From: Octopus sinensis
Lineage: Eukaryota
Reading direction: 5' to 3'
DNA: 64,000 nucleotides
Assembly: GCF_006345805.1 (NCBI RefSeq)
Contig: NC_043016.1
Coordinates: 124,001-188,000, forward strand
In this document: one piece after another, positions 40,101 through 53,220 of the stretch
Layout: each line of letters begins with the position of its first letter
How positions within the stretch are numbered: the first letter of the stretch is position 1
Notes under the pieces: model-generated
What the model saw: the letters and a program-made list of their open reading frames with translations, nothing else
Databases searched by the model: none
Told to the model about the DNA's origin: nothing
Made by a program: the position numbers and the translations under genes

Positions 40101-41750
40101 CGGCTAGTGTCTTGCTGTATCTAATTGCTTCCGCTTTCACTGCTCTCTTGAGGGCGAACCACCATTTGTTGTTGACAATGGCTCCCGTTAAAGCCCTTTT
40201 TACTAACGTGTTGATTCTGTCTCTGAAAACTTGTCTGGACGGGAATGATGCGTTCAGTTTCCAGTAACCAGGGCCCTTATCTAAGTCTAGCGTACACGTC
40301 ACGAATTTGTGATCCGTGTAGCTGACAGTGTGGAATTGTGGACATCCTAAGCTATCCCTGTCTACTGTCCTACACAGTATCCTATCTAGATACGATCTCG
40401 ACGACCCACTGCGGTTGCTCCATGTCCACGTTGGTGCATTTGGGTGGTCGAGTCGGTACCTGTCAGACAGTTGGAATCGTCTGAGCAGGTCTCTGGGGCA
40501 TTTGCATCCCCTTCTGTTTTTGTCTCTCCCCACATAGTCTAGATGCGTGTCCAAGGTAGCATTCCAATACCCCACTAAAAGTAAAGGACGAGACGTTCCC
40601 AGGAATACTTCTAGACGTCGAAAGAAATCCGGCCGACCTGTTAAAGGCGGTGCGTAGACTGATACGAGTCGAAAAGCGCACCCATTGCTGCCGTCGACAT
40701 CCAGAACGACCAGCTGCCCTCCGGGTCTACGAATATCATCTTGACTTCGAGATCCAGGCTCTTGTGAAAAAGTACCGGGGTGCTACTACCGCCCATCCTC
40801 GACAGACGGAGCAAAATAAATGTTAAACTGTCCGCCAAACATGGACTTTAGGGCCCGTGGATCGTGGAGTCTGGTCTCACTTATGGCTATGATTCCCAAA
40901 TCGTGTGACTTGATGTCATTTAGGAGGTATCCTTGTTTCCAAGGAGACCCCAAGCCACGCGCATTCACACAACCAATCTTGACCATGATTCTATTGGGGT
41001 GTGTGCTTTAAAACACAAAAAGGAAAGTACAGAGAGTTACTTACTTGTGTCGAAAGTTTTGGCTTCCTCGTTCTTTGATGTGTCTTGGAGGAGGTTTTTA
41101 TAGAGTTTTTGTGACAAGTATTTTTGGAACGCCCCAACAGCATTTGGAAAGAGGGCTTTGAGTGTGTGGTGTTCTGTCTGTGTGATGTGTAGTATTTTGA
41201 TGTGTTTGGGTGGTGTAGTGCGTGGATGGTTGTTAGTTTTGAAGTCATCTTCACAGATGTTTGTGTGGGCTGTGATGTACTCCATTAGTTTGGAGTCTTT
41301 GGTGTCTATCGCTGATAGCATTGTGTGTGTTTTTGTGGTGTTGGTACTTGTTTGGTTGTGAATGGAGCTTTCAGGGTTCAGTTATCTCCCTGCTTTGGTT
41401 GCGTTTTCTTGTTTGTTTTCTTTTTATCTTTTTCTTTTATCCCCGGTGGCTATTTGCCATTCTGTCGAACTTTCATCGTTAGATGAAAAGTCTGACGAAT
41501 CAGCAGGGGGCAAGGGTAAAGCATCTGGGTCTGTTTGTGCGGTTGTAGATATTGTTGTGGTGTGCGGGGGGTGGTGCTGGGGGGTTTGTTGTGGTTATTG
41601 TCTCTCCTACATCCTTGGAGCTTGTCTTCTTCGTTGTTGTTCTCGGTGTTGGAATTGGTTTAGTTGTCGTTGGTGGTGATGATTCTGTTCTTGGCGCAGG
41701 TGGTGGTGTTGTTTGGTTGGGTTGGTCCGTTCTTTGTTGCTTTTCATGCA
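37189..41750 (-). mobile_element. Tx1/L1-clade non-LTR retrotransposon, 5'-truncated, ORF2 nearly complete
   Basis: ORF2 40986 to ~37566: APE (VNARGL, SET, YLDRI, YTDH), RT (SPGLDG, RPITLLNAD, LDQSKAFDRV, QGCPLS, YADD), C-terminal CPRC..ETALHAIVQC; ~3 frameshifts and a nonsense codon at 39353; ORF1-like remnant 41037-41750; 3' UTR ends AATAAAGAAACA. Confidence 0.95.
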
Positions 41751-41751
41751 T

Positions 41752-41814
<63 letters not shown>

Positions 41815-41828
41815 TGGATAGATAGATT

Positions 41829-41888
<60 letters not shown>

Positions 41889-41890
41889 TG

Positions 41891-41934
<44 letters not shown>

Positions 41935-41936
41935 TA
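41752..41936. repeat. (GATA)n microsatellite at the 5' junction of the Tx1-like LINE
   Basis: Direct reading. Confidence 0.97.
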
Positions 41937-42183
41937 GAAATGTACGATGCGCATGTTTCATTTTCTCTCTACTAAATTCACTCACAAGGCTTTGGTCTGC
42001 TCAGGGCTATAGAAAACATTTACCCAAGGTGCCATACAGTGGGATTGAGCCTAAAAACCATGTGTTTGTGATAGAAATATCTTACCACACAGCCAAACCT
42101 GCACCTATAAATAATTACGTTCCACATAGCTAACTTTACTTGGCTGTACTAATTAGTGAGTAAGCGTGACACAAATTATGGTT

Positions 42184-42355
42184 AGCAGCAGCAGCAGTAA
42201 CAACAACAACGGCAGCAGCAGCAGCAACAGCAACATCAGCAGCCACAATAACAACAACAACAACAGCAGCAGCAGCAGCAACAGCCACAATAACAAAAAC
42301 AACACCAGTGGCAGTAATAAAAACAGAAGCAGCAGCAGCAGCAGTAGCAGCAGCT
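42184..42355. repeat. (CAG)/(CAA) compound trinucleotide repeat
   Basis: Direct reading. Confidence 0.95.
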
Positions 42356-42609
42356 CTTTTGACGTAATAAGCCTCTGATACCAGAAGTCAATCACTGAAT
42401 TACTTGCCTCCAGTATGTCTTCCCTTAAAGTGCATGAAATAAAAGACCAAAAAAAATTACTTTGATATTTTGTTTGTCTTTTGGTTTAGGGATGGGTTAG
42501 CTGGTGAGTTAGAATGGGTGGGTTGGTAAATGGGTGAGTGTGGGTTGTTACATGCTTGGTTGGTTGGTTGGTTTACTGGTGTGATGGTTAGCTATGTTGG
42601 TTAGATAGT

Positions 42610-43790
42610 GTGTTAGCTGGTTGCTTCTTTGGTGTGCTACTTGGCTGTTGTGTTACTTGGCTGGTGTATTGCTTGGCTGTTGTGTTGCTTGGTTGTTGTG
42701 TTGCTTGGTTGTTTTATTGCTTGGTTGTTGTGTTGCTTGGTTGTTTTGTTGCTTGGTTGTTGTGTTGCTTGGTTGTTTTGTTGCTTGGTTGTTGTGTTAT
42801 TTGGCTGGTGTATTGCTAGGCTGTTGTGTTGCTTGGCTGGTGTGGTGATTTGCTGTTGTGTTGCTTGGTTGTTGTGTTGCTTGGCTGTTGTGTTGCTTGG
42901 ATGGTGTGTTGCTTGGTTGTTGTGTTGCTTGGCTGTTGTATTGCTTGGTTGTTTTGTTATTTGGCTGGTGTATTGCTAGGCTGTTGTGTTGCTTGGCTGG
43001 TGTGGTGATTTGCTGTTGTGTTGCTTGGTTGTTGTGTTGTTTGGCTGTTGTGTTGCTTGGATGGTGTGTTGCTTGGTTGTTGTGTTGCTTGGCTGTTGTA
43101 TTGCTTGGTTGTTTTGTTGCTTGGTTGTTGTGTTATTTGGCTGGTGTATTGCTAGGCTGTTGTGTTGCTTGGCTGGTGTGGTGATTTGCTGTTGTGTTGC
43201 TTGGTTGTTGTGTTGCTTGGCTGTTGTGTTGCTTGGATGGTGTGTTGCTTGGTTTTTGTGTTGCTTGGCTGTTGTGTGCTTGGCTGTTGTATTGCTTGGT
43301 TGTTTTGTATTTGGCTGGTGTATTGCTAGGCTGTTGTGTTGCTTGGCTGGTGTGGTGATTTGCTGTTGTGTTGCTTGGTTGTTGTGTTGTTTGGCTGTTG
43401 TGTTGCTTGGATGGTGTGTTGCTTGGTTGTTGTGTTGCTTGGCTGTTGTATTGCTTGGTTGTTTTGTTGCTTGGTTGTTGTGTTATTTGGCTGGTGTATT
43501 GCTAGGCTGTTGTGTTGCTTGGCTGGTGTGGTGATTTGCTGTTGTGTTGCTTGGTTGTTGTGTTGCTTGGCTGTTGTATTGCTTGGTTGTTGTATTGCTT
43601 GGTTGTTATGTTGCTTGGCTGCTGTGTTGCTTGGGTGTTGTGTTGCTTGGTTGTTGTGTTGCTTGGGTGTTGTGTTGCTTGGTTGTTGCGATGCTTAGCT
43701 GTTGTGTTGCTTGGCTGTTTTGTTGCTTGGCTGGTGTGTTGCTTGGCTGTTGTGTTGTTTGGCTGGTGTGTTGCTTGGTTGTTGTGTTGC
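42610..43790. repeat. 16-bp GT-rich minisatellite (GG(C/T)TGTTGTGTTGCTT) with 160-176-bp higher-order period
   Basis: Variant block TTGGCTGGTGTATTGCTAGG recurs at 42801, 42961, 43137, 43311, 43487. Confidence 0.92.
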
Positions 43791-43876
43791 TTCGCAATTG
43801 CAACGACATGACTGCACAGTTTTAGGATAACATTGTAGGTCAGATAGTGAAAGGTCTGATCTGGCCAGATTGAATA

Positions 43877-44274
43877 TAAATTGTCCCCTGAATGGGAAAT
43901 GCAATACAATATTTGAACCAGATATGGCTGGTTTAAATGCTAAAGGATTAATACCACTCTACTGAACCATGTACTGTACATAGCTTTCCTCCTGTAAATT
44001 TGGTCGACCAAAAATTTATGAATTACATGCAACAGGATCTACACAGAAATCTTCTGTGTGTGTGTGTGTGTGTGTGCTTATGCATATATGTATGTGTAAT
44101 TTATGGAGTTAAGGGAGAGAAAAAGAATTTTTGTATGAGCAGAACTTTCATTTTTTTTATTAAATCAGCAGATTCAATGTAAAAAGTTTTCTGTTGTTAT
44201 GTGTCAAAACAAATAATTTTTGCATTTGTAGACAACATTTTTTGTATTGCATTTCCCATTCAGGGGACAATTTA
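43877..44274. mobile_element. Putative MITE with perfect 33-bp inverted repeats
   Basis: TAAATTGTCCCCTGAATGGGAAATGCAATACAA at 43877-43909 and its reverse complement at 44242-44274. Confidence 0.6.
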
Positions 44275-45994
44275 AGGGCTCTCCATATGTGCATCAATGA
44301 TTTTTGATTATATATCTTTTTTCAATGCCAAAACAATGGAAGTTATAAAATAATAATAGTTGATAGTTTTACCTGATATTTTGATATTTGTTAGGACCTC
44401 TTCCTCAGGAAATGTTTCAAGGAAATCTGTTATTCACTGATTTTTCTGAAATACTGAAATACCAGATAAAAAAAACTCTCACTCAATAATGATGATGATG
44501 ATCTGATATATAAAATTCCCAGTGTGTATATGTGTGTGTGTGTGTTTCCTCTATGCATGACCAAACAGCTGGATCAATTTGTACCCAATTTGGCATGAAG
44601 GCTTCTCATTACTCAGGAAGGGTCTAGGCCAGTGTCAAACTGTCATGTTTTTGTTCCCAACTTTGACCCTCCATAAATCCTAAATTCTATTTTAGAATTT
44701 ATTGAAGTAATTGTTTTTGAAGACTCATATTGTCCTTGAATGCTCAAAATGAGGAGTAGATAGACAGCCGACAACTAATGAAGGGTCCTTTCTCTGTGTT
44801 TACTTGTCCTGTTTTCCACTTTTTTGCATTGTTTACATATTTAACTCGTTTGTTTACGTATTTCATGTTATTTGCACCATTGGTGATGTCCTATACCCAT
44901 ATATGCATGTATATATATATATACATTATTTACTATTATATATATTATTTACTATTATATACATATTATTTACTATTTATTTTATATATATAATTGAAAG
45001 CTGCTTCATAGAAGTTGCTTCTCTGAACTGTTGCCACTGCTCTTCATTCTGCAGTGGAGATCCTATTCCTTGTCAGTTGTGCAAACCTCTGTTCATCACT
45101 TTGAGATGCTCTGGCTTTTGTGTGCACAGTCTGTTCATTTCTTGGCATGCTTCCCTTTCTGCAGCTGTCTCTCTTCCCTGGACAGAGACATTCTTTTGGC
45201 TAATCTTGACATTGTAGACAAATTCGACACTTTCCTTCTAGGCATGGTTACATACATATACAGAAATACACAGGTGCAGAAGATAGTAAACAATGAAAGT
45301 AACTGGGTAACGGAAATTATATTTCTTAATACGACAGGAAGAAAATAAAAAAATTTTTACAAAAAATAAAGAATTGTATGGGTTGAAGCGAAATCTGTCA
45401 CTTAGTGAGCCAATATCAAAGGTACCAGAAAAAGGCCTTTAACAACCGAAAAACACAAAACCGTTGCAAAAGTAAATAAGAAATTTTTAGGGAAATTGAC
45501 AAAGTGCATGGATTTAAATGAAATTTTTGAAGTTACTTCTGTCAGTAAATTAGGAATGAAATTACTTTCATCAGTAATTGTGAACTTCTTTCCGTCAGTA
45601 ATTTGTCGTTGTTGTTTGTAAATAGCAAATGAAAACTTGCAATGAAAATAGTGATTGAACTTAAAGTGAAAAACATCCAATTCACTTTCATCTGATGTTT
45701 CACACATGCGTAGAATTGTACTGAAATAGCAGATGTAAAAAAAAAATATTAGAGCACCACCAGAAAACTCAACATGCTAGAAACAACAGGTAAATGACAT
45801 TATTTCTGAAGAAACTTCCCCACTTTGCAAAAAGCTAAAAGCGAAACATTGGGAGTTTGTTGCTTTTTGAAAGTAGTGAGATGATGGGTAGATGTTTGGG
45901 GAAGAAATTTAGTGTCTCTTTAAGAAAGAAGAAAATCTTTAAAGATTCGTACTGTCTGTTTTCCTTTTTCCGTGGATTACCAAGTCTTTTGTGA

Positions 45995-46636
45995 GCTGCT
46001 CTCCGGCTATCTATCTGCGGTTTTATATAGCTATGGTACAACCTCACCTGGAATTTGCATCACCAGTCTGGAACCCCTATCTTGCCCAGGATATCAATCG
46101 TTTGGAAGCCATTCAGTGACATGCAGCCAAGAGAATACCCTCCATCAGGCACTTGCCATATTCTGAATGCCTTACTTCCCTGGGCATGGATACATTGAAA
46201 CTCCGACATCTGGCAGCTGACTTGGCAGACACCCAAAAAAATATTAACCATCTTACAAACAATAACTCTGAGCACCTTTTCAAACTCCACCTGTCTAACA
46301 CCCGTGGACATGTTTACAAAGTCAGAAAACAGCACAGCTCCCATGACTTTCGGAAACATTTTTTCACGCTAAGTGTGGCTGAAGTATGGAACAAACTGCC
46401 AGCATCAGTTGTTAGTTGTCGGAGCACTGCATCCTTCAAAACTTCCATGCTTCCTGAGATTCGCCAACACTACGCCTGATTTTCTCCCCTCCATACACAC
46501 GCAAGCATGTATCTGACTCATACGCTGTTCACTTTCCAGACATTTGTACATTACTGCATGTGCTTTATATGCACTTTTGACAAGTTGTGGTGCACCTGAG
46601 CACTGTATACAATAATTTCATTATTATTATTATTTT
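45995..46636 (+). mobile_element. CR1-clade LINE 3' end
   Basis: MVQPHLEFASPVWNPY..DINRLEAIQ..TRGHVYKV..RKHFF..VAEVWNKLP; 3' UTR ends in (ATT)n. Confidence 0.88.
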
Positions 46637-47376
46637 TAAAAGAATTCGGAATGGTAAAAAAACTGGGATAAGGAGGGGGATAAGGAGGGAGATAAGGAGG
46701 GAGAAAAGAAACTGGGATAAGGAGGGAGAAAAGTAAGATATTGAGAACATGTTTTTTTGGACGAAATCCTAATCTGTATTGAAATCATAGGAATCGGAAG
46801 AAATTAAGGAAAATAATTGGATGGGGGTGGGGACACAAATGTCACCTGGGACATGCTAGAAACAACAGGTAAAGGACAGGATTTCTTGGAGAACTTCCTT
46901 TTCAATTTATACTCACCACAAACACAAATTACAGTATAGAAAAAGGTGATTTCAATGAAATTTGAGCAGTAATTTTGCGCATGAACATTGCAAGAAATAA
47001 AATAATTCATACAGAAGTTTTGCCTAGTGTGTATGTGTGTGTGCATGCGTACATCAAAGGAAGTTATTTTATAACATTCTTTCGTTTGAAGCAGGAAAGT
47101 TGTCAAGTCAATCCTGAGATCATATGATTCTTCGTTAATTTCTAGAAATTTTTTTTTATTTCTTTATGCTTTGAAGAGAGCAGAAATTGAAAGAGAGGAG
47201 AAAGTGAAAAGGTGACATTTGCTTTAATGTGAGAGCAGAAAGTAAAAGAGAGGAGTGAAAGCGGTATGTACGTGTATATGAAATGGACATGTGTGTGTGT
47301 GAGAGAGAGAGAGAGTGAGTGAAGCAGTGTGTTGTCATGTATGTATTTTTTGCAGTTATGTGTTAGTGGCACTCAC

Positions 47377-47417
<41 letters not shown>

Positions 47418-47732
47418 CACACACACACATTATCTTTCATATACACTTGTCCTGTTTTCCACTTTGCACACACCTTTTTTTGTATGTATGTTTGTATGTA
47501 TGTTTGTATGTATGTATGTATGTTTGCGTGTGCATGTGAGTGAGTGATTGTATTTCCTCATAACATATAGAGAAATGGATGTCTTTTACGGTACACACTG
47601 GTATAGAAAATGTGACATCGTTACATAATTAAAATCAACCTTGTTGGAATTTGAGCTCAGGTTACAAAGATGGATGAAAAGCCACTAAGCAATTTTCCAA
47701 CATGCTGGCAAGTTTGCCTTCTCACTGCATTC

Positions 47733-47763
<31 letters not shown>

Positions 47764-48261
47764 TAATGGGTTTTTGCAGCCATTTTAGTATGTTTGTCAT
47801 TCAATTTGATAATCAGGTCATTCAAAGATCATGAAAAATATTGGCACCATGAAGATGGTCATTCAAATTTGTTTTCCGATCATTCAATTTCACACTTTGG
47901 TCAAAGAATTTAGCATTCCCATCATTCAAATTAAAATGCCTGTTGAAAGCATTCAGATTAGTTGGAATGTGAGGAAGCGACTTTTTGGGCATTCAAATTC
48001 GTTTCAGAACAACCAATTTAACACTTGAAGCAATCAAATTAGCACGATAGCTGTTTTGGTTTCATCTCATGATCGTTGTTATCCTAATCATGTGTTTTCA
48101 CCCATTGTTTATGCATCAAGTACTCTATCGAGCGTCCATGTCTTTTCTGTGTGTTCTTTAATTTTTGCATAGGTACGTGTATTTACTGTTAAAGACTTCA
48201 TGAACTTGCATTCCAGCCTTTTCAATCTTTTTAAAGAAACTCACAATTATAATTCGCTTTT

Positions 48262-48470
48262 GGATTTGGTTTGCAAGATTCTTTATATGATTCGTGTGTT
48301 GAAGCATTTCTGTTGTATCTGGGGAGAGTCATTTTCTTTTTGTGCCTTATAATATAACACTCTCACCGGTAAAATTTCCACTGTTTTCTTATTTTTATTT
48401 TCCTAAAATTTTCGTTGCGTCTTGCAACCTTTTCAATAGTTTTGACTCACAATTATAACAAATGCTCATT
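48262..48470 (+). repeat. Interspersed repeat also at 61865-62170 (possibly Penelope-related)
   Basis: TTTTGGATTTGGTTTGCAA...GTGCCTTATAAT...ACCGGTAAAATTTCCAC shared. Confidence 0.6.
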
Positions 48471-48744
48471 TTCTTTGATTTTGAATACCTTACATTGTGA
48501 TATGCGTTCTTCTTTTGCATAATATGTCTTGTTGAGAAAAGTATACATTTCTTTGATTTTTCATTTAATTCTTTAATTTGGGAAAGGGTGCTATGTAGAC
48601 TAAGATGATTATTGATTTACAGACTTGACAAGGAGAGTTAGTTTGAGAGGATTTAGCTATCTATATCCTGGCAGTGGTTGTGACCCTGTATCAAGGATAT
48701 TGGTGCTGAATGTAAAACATTTGTGCACATCATTAATATTAATA

Positions 48745-49013
48745 ATAATATTTCGTTCAAAATCCTTAAACAACCATTATTCAGGGACCTTTTCAACGGG
48801 ATGGGTTACTCGCTCAGAAGGAAATTCTATCTGGGGCCCCACCTGCAATGTCATGCACTGTTTATCTTGATATGAGATCACCATGTTACACACATGTGGT
48901 TGTGATGCATGTGCCTTGTGTACCCTTATCAGACGGGTAGTCATGATGGGTATTCTGGGCTTCATATAATTTACCTTAGTGTCACTTTGATGGTATGCTC
49001 TTCTCTCTCATTC

Positions 49014-49015
<2 letters not shown>
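48745..49015 (+). mobile_element. Partial copy of the (AAT)-bounded non-coding element at 2587-3138
   Basis: Colinear with 2885-3138; followed by (AAT)n. Confidence 0.75.
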
Positions 49016-49069
<54 letters not shown>

Positions 49070-49070
<1 letters not shown>

Positions 49071-49300
49071 CTCTATATATAAAACTGAGAATGTGTGTGT
49101 GTCTGTCTGTCTATCTGTGTGAATCCCTAAAACTTTAGAACTACACAACCAATTTCATTCAAATTTTATACATGCCTTAGGGTCCATGGAGTCTCATGGG
49201 CAAAAAAAAAATTTTACCTTCTTGCCTAGGGTGAGCCCACAGCAATATCATATCTTCTATACTATTTCAGTATTACCTGTCAAAAGTGAAAGAAAAACAT
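49070..49300 (+). mobile_element. Non-autonomous Helitron-like 5' end
   Basis: A|TCTCTATATATAAAA start then (TG)/(TCTG) tract, as in 10396-10779; no 3' end found. Confidence 0.45.
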
Positions 49301-49904
49301 CTCTCTATTGTAATGTCAGATACTTTCACTTTAATACTAAAACTATTAAAATGAAACTATTATATAACAGGGATGAACTGTAACTGGACATCCATTCTGC
49401 TAGAAGAAGATCCGCTATGGTCTTATATGCTACACCACTGGTTCTAAATTCATACTAATCAAATTAATATTCAATTTTTCACCCTTATTATTTTAAATCT
49501 CTATATATATAGATGTATAGATATAGAGGTATAGATATAGATGTGTATATATATAGATGTATATGTATACATGTATATGTAGAGATGTATTTCTATAGAT
49601 ATAGATGTATATGTATACATGTATGTGTAGATGTATATATACATGTACATGTGATATGTACACATATATATATACACATATATTCATGCATACATATATA
49701 CACCCATACATACCTAGCCCCCCTACACACATACACATACATAGGTGCAGGTGTGGCTGTGTGGTAAAAAACTTGGTTCCAAAACACATGGTCCTGAGTT
49801 CAGTCCCACTGTGTGGTAACTTGGCATGTGTCTTCTGCTATAGCCTCAGACCAACCAAAGCCTTGTCAGTGGATTTTGTTGACAGAAATTGAAAGAAACT
49901 GATT

Positions 49905-51440
49905 CTAATGAAAGCAAAAGCTGGGTATGTATTCAAAAGCCGCCTACAAAAAGTCAACCATTTGTTATTCAAGGATGACCTCAAACTTTATAATAAAGAT
50001 GAAGCCCAAGTCAGTTCCCTCAATGATACGATGTATACTTTCAGTGCTAATATCAGAATGGAGTTTAGACTGAGAAAGTGTGGTGTATTAGTCTTGAAGA
50101 GAGGCAAAATCGAATATATGGATGAGCTAACAATACTGTTGGGGAAGGTTATGCAGCAGATAGAAGAGACGGGCTATAAGTACTTGGGGATCTTGGAAAT
50201 GGATAATTGATGGAGAAAGAAATGACAAGAAAAAATTTAAGGTGGAGTACTTATGCAGACTGAGACTGATCCTTAAGTCGAATTAAACGGATGGAATAAG
50301 ATTGAAGCTATCAACACCTGGGTGGTTTCACTCCTTAGATATGGAGCAGGGCTAATCGCATGGACAGTAGATGAACTAAACAGCTTCAACAGAAAGACAA
50401 AGAAGCTGCTAACTATATATGGGACACTCCACCCAAAAAATGACACAGACAGACTGTATGTACCAAGAAAAGAGGAGGAAGAGGACTTATCGGATGCAAA
50501 CACAGCATTAGAGCAGAAGAAAACAACATAGCATGGTATGTAAAAAATGTCACAGAACCGCTATTATTACAAGTAAGAAAGTCAGGCCTGTGCAGGATGA
50601 AAGATTGCAAAGATAAAGCACTATGCAAGAAATTGAATACCAATAAAACTGAAAATAGGTGGGTAAAGAAAAGAACGCATGCTCAATTTCATAGGGATGT
50701 TGAAGATAAGACAGGCAGAGAAAAAAGATGGCTGTGGATGACTAACAGCGATTTAAAACCGGAAACGGATGACCTAGTCTGTGCTGCTGAAGAGCAAGCA
50801 CTAAGAACAAACTACATAAAGTATAGAATAGACAAAACATCAGAAACTGTATGGTATATTACCAGCCAATGTACATCACTAGCCCAGAAAGAATATAAGA
50901 GACATTACGACAATATAGTCATGCTTGTCCACTGAATGCTTTGTAACAAGATTGGACTTGACAGAGAAAAAAATTGGTATGACCACAAAACTGAAGGCAT
51001 CATCCTATGGGATTTTATGATTCAGTGTGACCATGAGATAGAGAATAGGAAGCCAGACATAGTCTTAATTGAGAAAGAAAACTATGCTGGATCATAGATA
51101 TAGCATACCCAGCTGACAACAAGGTATGCGATAAGGAAGAAAGAAAAGTTGAGAGATATGACAGGTTTGCTTGGGAAGTTAAGCAGTTGTGGTCAATGAA
51201 AAAGGTAGCAGTTGTACCAATAATTGTCGGAGCCCTGCGAACAGTGAGCAAAAATCTTGAGAAGCACATGGAACAAATAGGGGCTGCAATAAGGGTGGAG
51301 CACTTGCAGAAAACAGCAATGCTTGGAACTGCTCGAATACTCCGGATGGTGCTCGAGAAATAAAAGGTGTTACCTTAGTTAACTGGTAGTGAGCAGCTGA
51401 CACCATAGTGCATCTCCAGCATTAGGAGCTGTGCAAAGGC

Positions 51441-51444
<4 letters not shown>
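49905..51444 (+). mobile_element. R4/Dong-like LINE, degenerate 3' half
   Basis: HLLFKDDLKLY, YKYLGILE, LHPKNDTDRLYVPRK, KPDIVLI, VPIIVGAL..LQKTAMLGTARILR; (AAT)n after the 3' UTR. Confidence 0.88.
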
Positions 51445-51491
<47 letters not shown>

Positions 51492-51522
51492 AATGATAAT
51501 AATAATAATAATAATAATAATA

Positions 51523-51554
<32 letters not shown>

Positions 51555-51879
51555 TTCAAATTACCCAGGAGATGGAGAAATATTGATCAACAACAATCGA
51601 CTTATATCAATTATTATTTTTTAATTAAATAAAAGTAGACTGTATCCCTTCTAACAGCTGTTTCTGCTTCCAATGTTATATTGGTGATAAACTCATGTTT
51701 ATCTTTGTCATTACCTGTAATCTACGAGCATAATATGCTTGCATATGTATGTCCAGGGTTAAACATAGGTAATTATACCGATAGTGTAATGGATACTTTT
51801 ATCCTTTAGATGGTTATTCCAACCTCTAACTCTACTAACCTTTGATAATAATAATAATAATAATAATAATATAATAATA

Positions 51880-51936
<57 letters not shown>

Positions 51937-52059
51937 TGATGATGATGATGATGATGATGATAATTCTTTCTACTATTGGTACAAAGCCTGAAATTATGGG
52001 GAGGGATATAGTCGATAACATCAACCCCAGTACTCAACTGGTACTTAATGATTCTTCAA

Positions 52060-52275
52060 GGTGGAGAGCTGGCAGAACTGTTAGCATGCCGGGCGAAATG
52101 CGTTGCCGTATTTCGTCTGCCATTACGTTCTGAGTTCAAATTCCACCGAGGTCGACTTTGCCTTTCATCCTTTCGGGGGGTCGATAAATTAAGTACCAGT
52201 TACGCACTGGGGTCAATGTAATCGACTTAATCTGTTTGTCTGTCCTTGTTTGTCCCCTCTATGTTTAGCCCTGTA
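52060..52275 (+). mobile_element. SINE family B
   Basis: Head and body; degenerate copies at 52330-52545 and 53452-53700. Confidence 0.85.
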
Positions 52276-52589
52276 TTTAGCCCCTCGCTGCCACTACAAA
52301 GATAACAACAACAACAACAATAATAATAATAATCCTTTCTACTATAGGCTCAAGGCCTGAAATTTTGAGGAGCAGGATAGTCAATTACATTGACCCCAGT
52401 AGTCAACAGGTACTTAATTTACCGACCCTAAAAGGATGAAAGGTAAAGTCAACCTTGGTGGAATTTGAACTGAAACATAGCAACAGACAAAATGCTGCTA
52501 AGCATTTCGCCTGATGTGCTAATGATTCTGCCATCTTGCTGCTGCCATAATAACAGCAACAATGACAACAGCAATAATAATAATAATAA

Positions 52590-52635
<46 letters not shown>

Positions 52636-53186
52636 GAGACAATAGTAATGCTAAACCTAAAAAAATTAAAATAAGTTCTTATTGAAGAATTAATAGATGT
52701 TATTGTTAGGAATATAATACAAGAGAATCCAAAAACATAGTATTCAGCAATGTGACAATAATAAGAAGAATTAATTGGTAATGTTAGACGAGAACCAATT
52801 AGAGTTAAATGAAAGCTCTGAAGGTGAGAATAACAAACATTATTGTCATGAATAAGCCACAGGGAAATCCTAAACACACAGTATTCAGCAAGATGACAAT
52901 ACTAAGAATTAAAAGTAATTTTAGATGAAATCTAACCAGAGTTAAATAAAGACTTTGAAGGTGAGACTATTAGGTTTTGTTGCGAGGAATGTGTCACAAG
53001 GGAATACAAAAGACCCAGTTTTCAGTGATTTGCCATGAAGAATATATGTCGAAGAGGGATGAAGTAACAAAGAAAGCGTAAAAGAAGGAAACAGTAACAG
53101 AAATAAAATGAAGAAGGAAAGAAAGTAAAACCAAACAAAATAACAATAAGCATTGTGTTAGCAATGTAACAAAAGCTTTATTTTAT

Positions 53187-53220
<34 letters not shown>

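Noticed and set aside
41008-41046. GTAAGT...AAG mini-intron between Tx1 ORF1 and ORF2 (minus strand)
   Set aside because: Only 39 nt, and splicing would not put the ORF1 remnant in frame with ORF2.
42610-43825. Cys/Leu/Val/Trp-rich ORFs suggesting a structural protein
   Set aside because: All plus frames stay open because the minisatellite has very few A; no start or splice context.
45402-45707. 101-aa minus ORF MCETSDESELD... with three ATT(T)ACTGA repeats
   Set aside because: No recognisable domain; the CTGATGA lacks the rest of a hammerhead.
52715-52968. Degenerate ~145-bp tandem duplication
   Set aside because: Two old copies with no structure or coding signal; ordinary local duplication.
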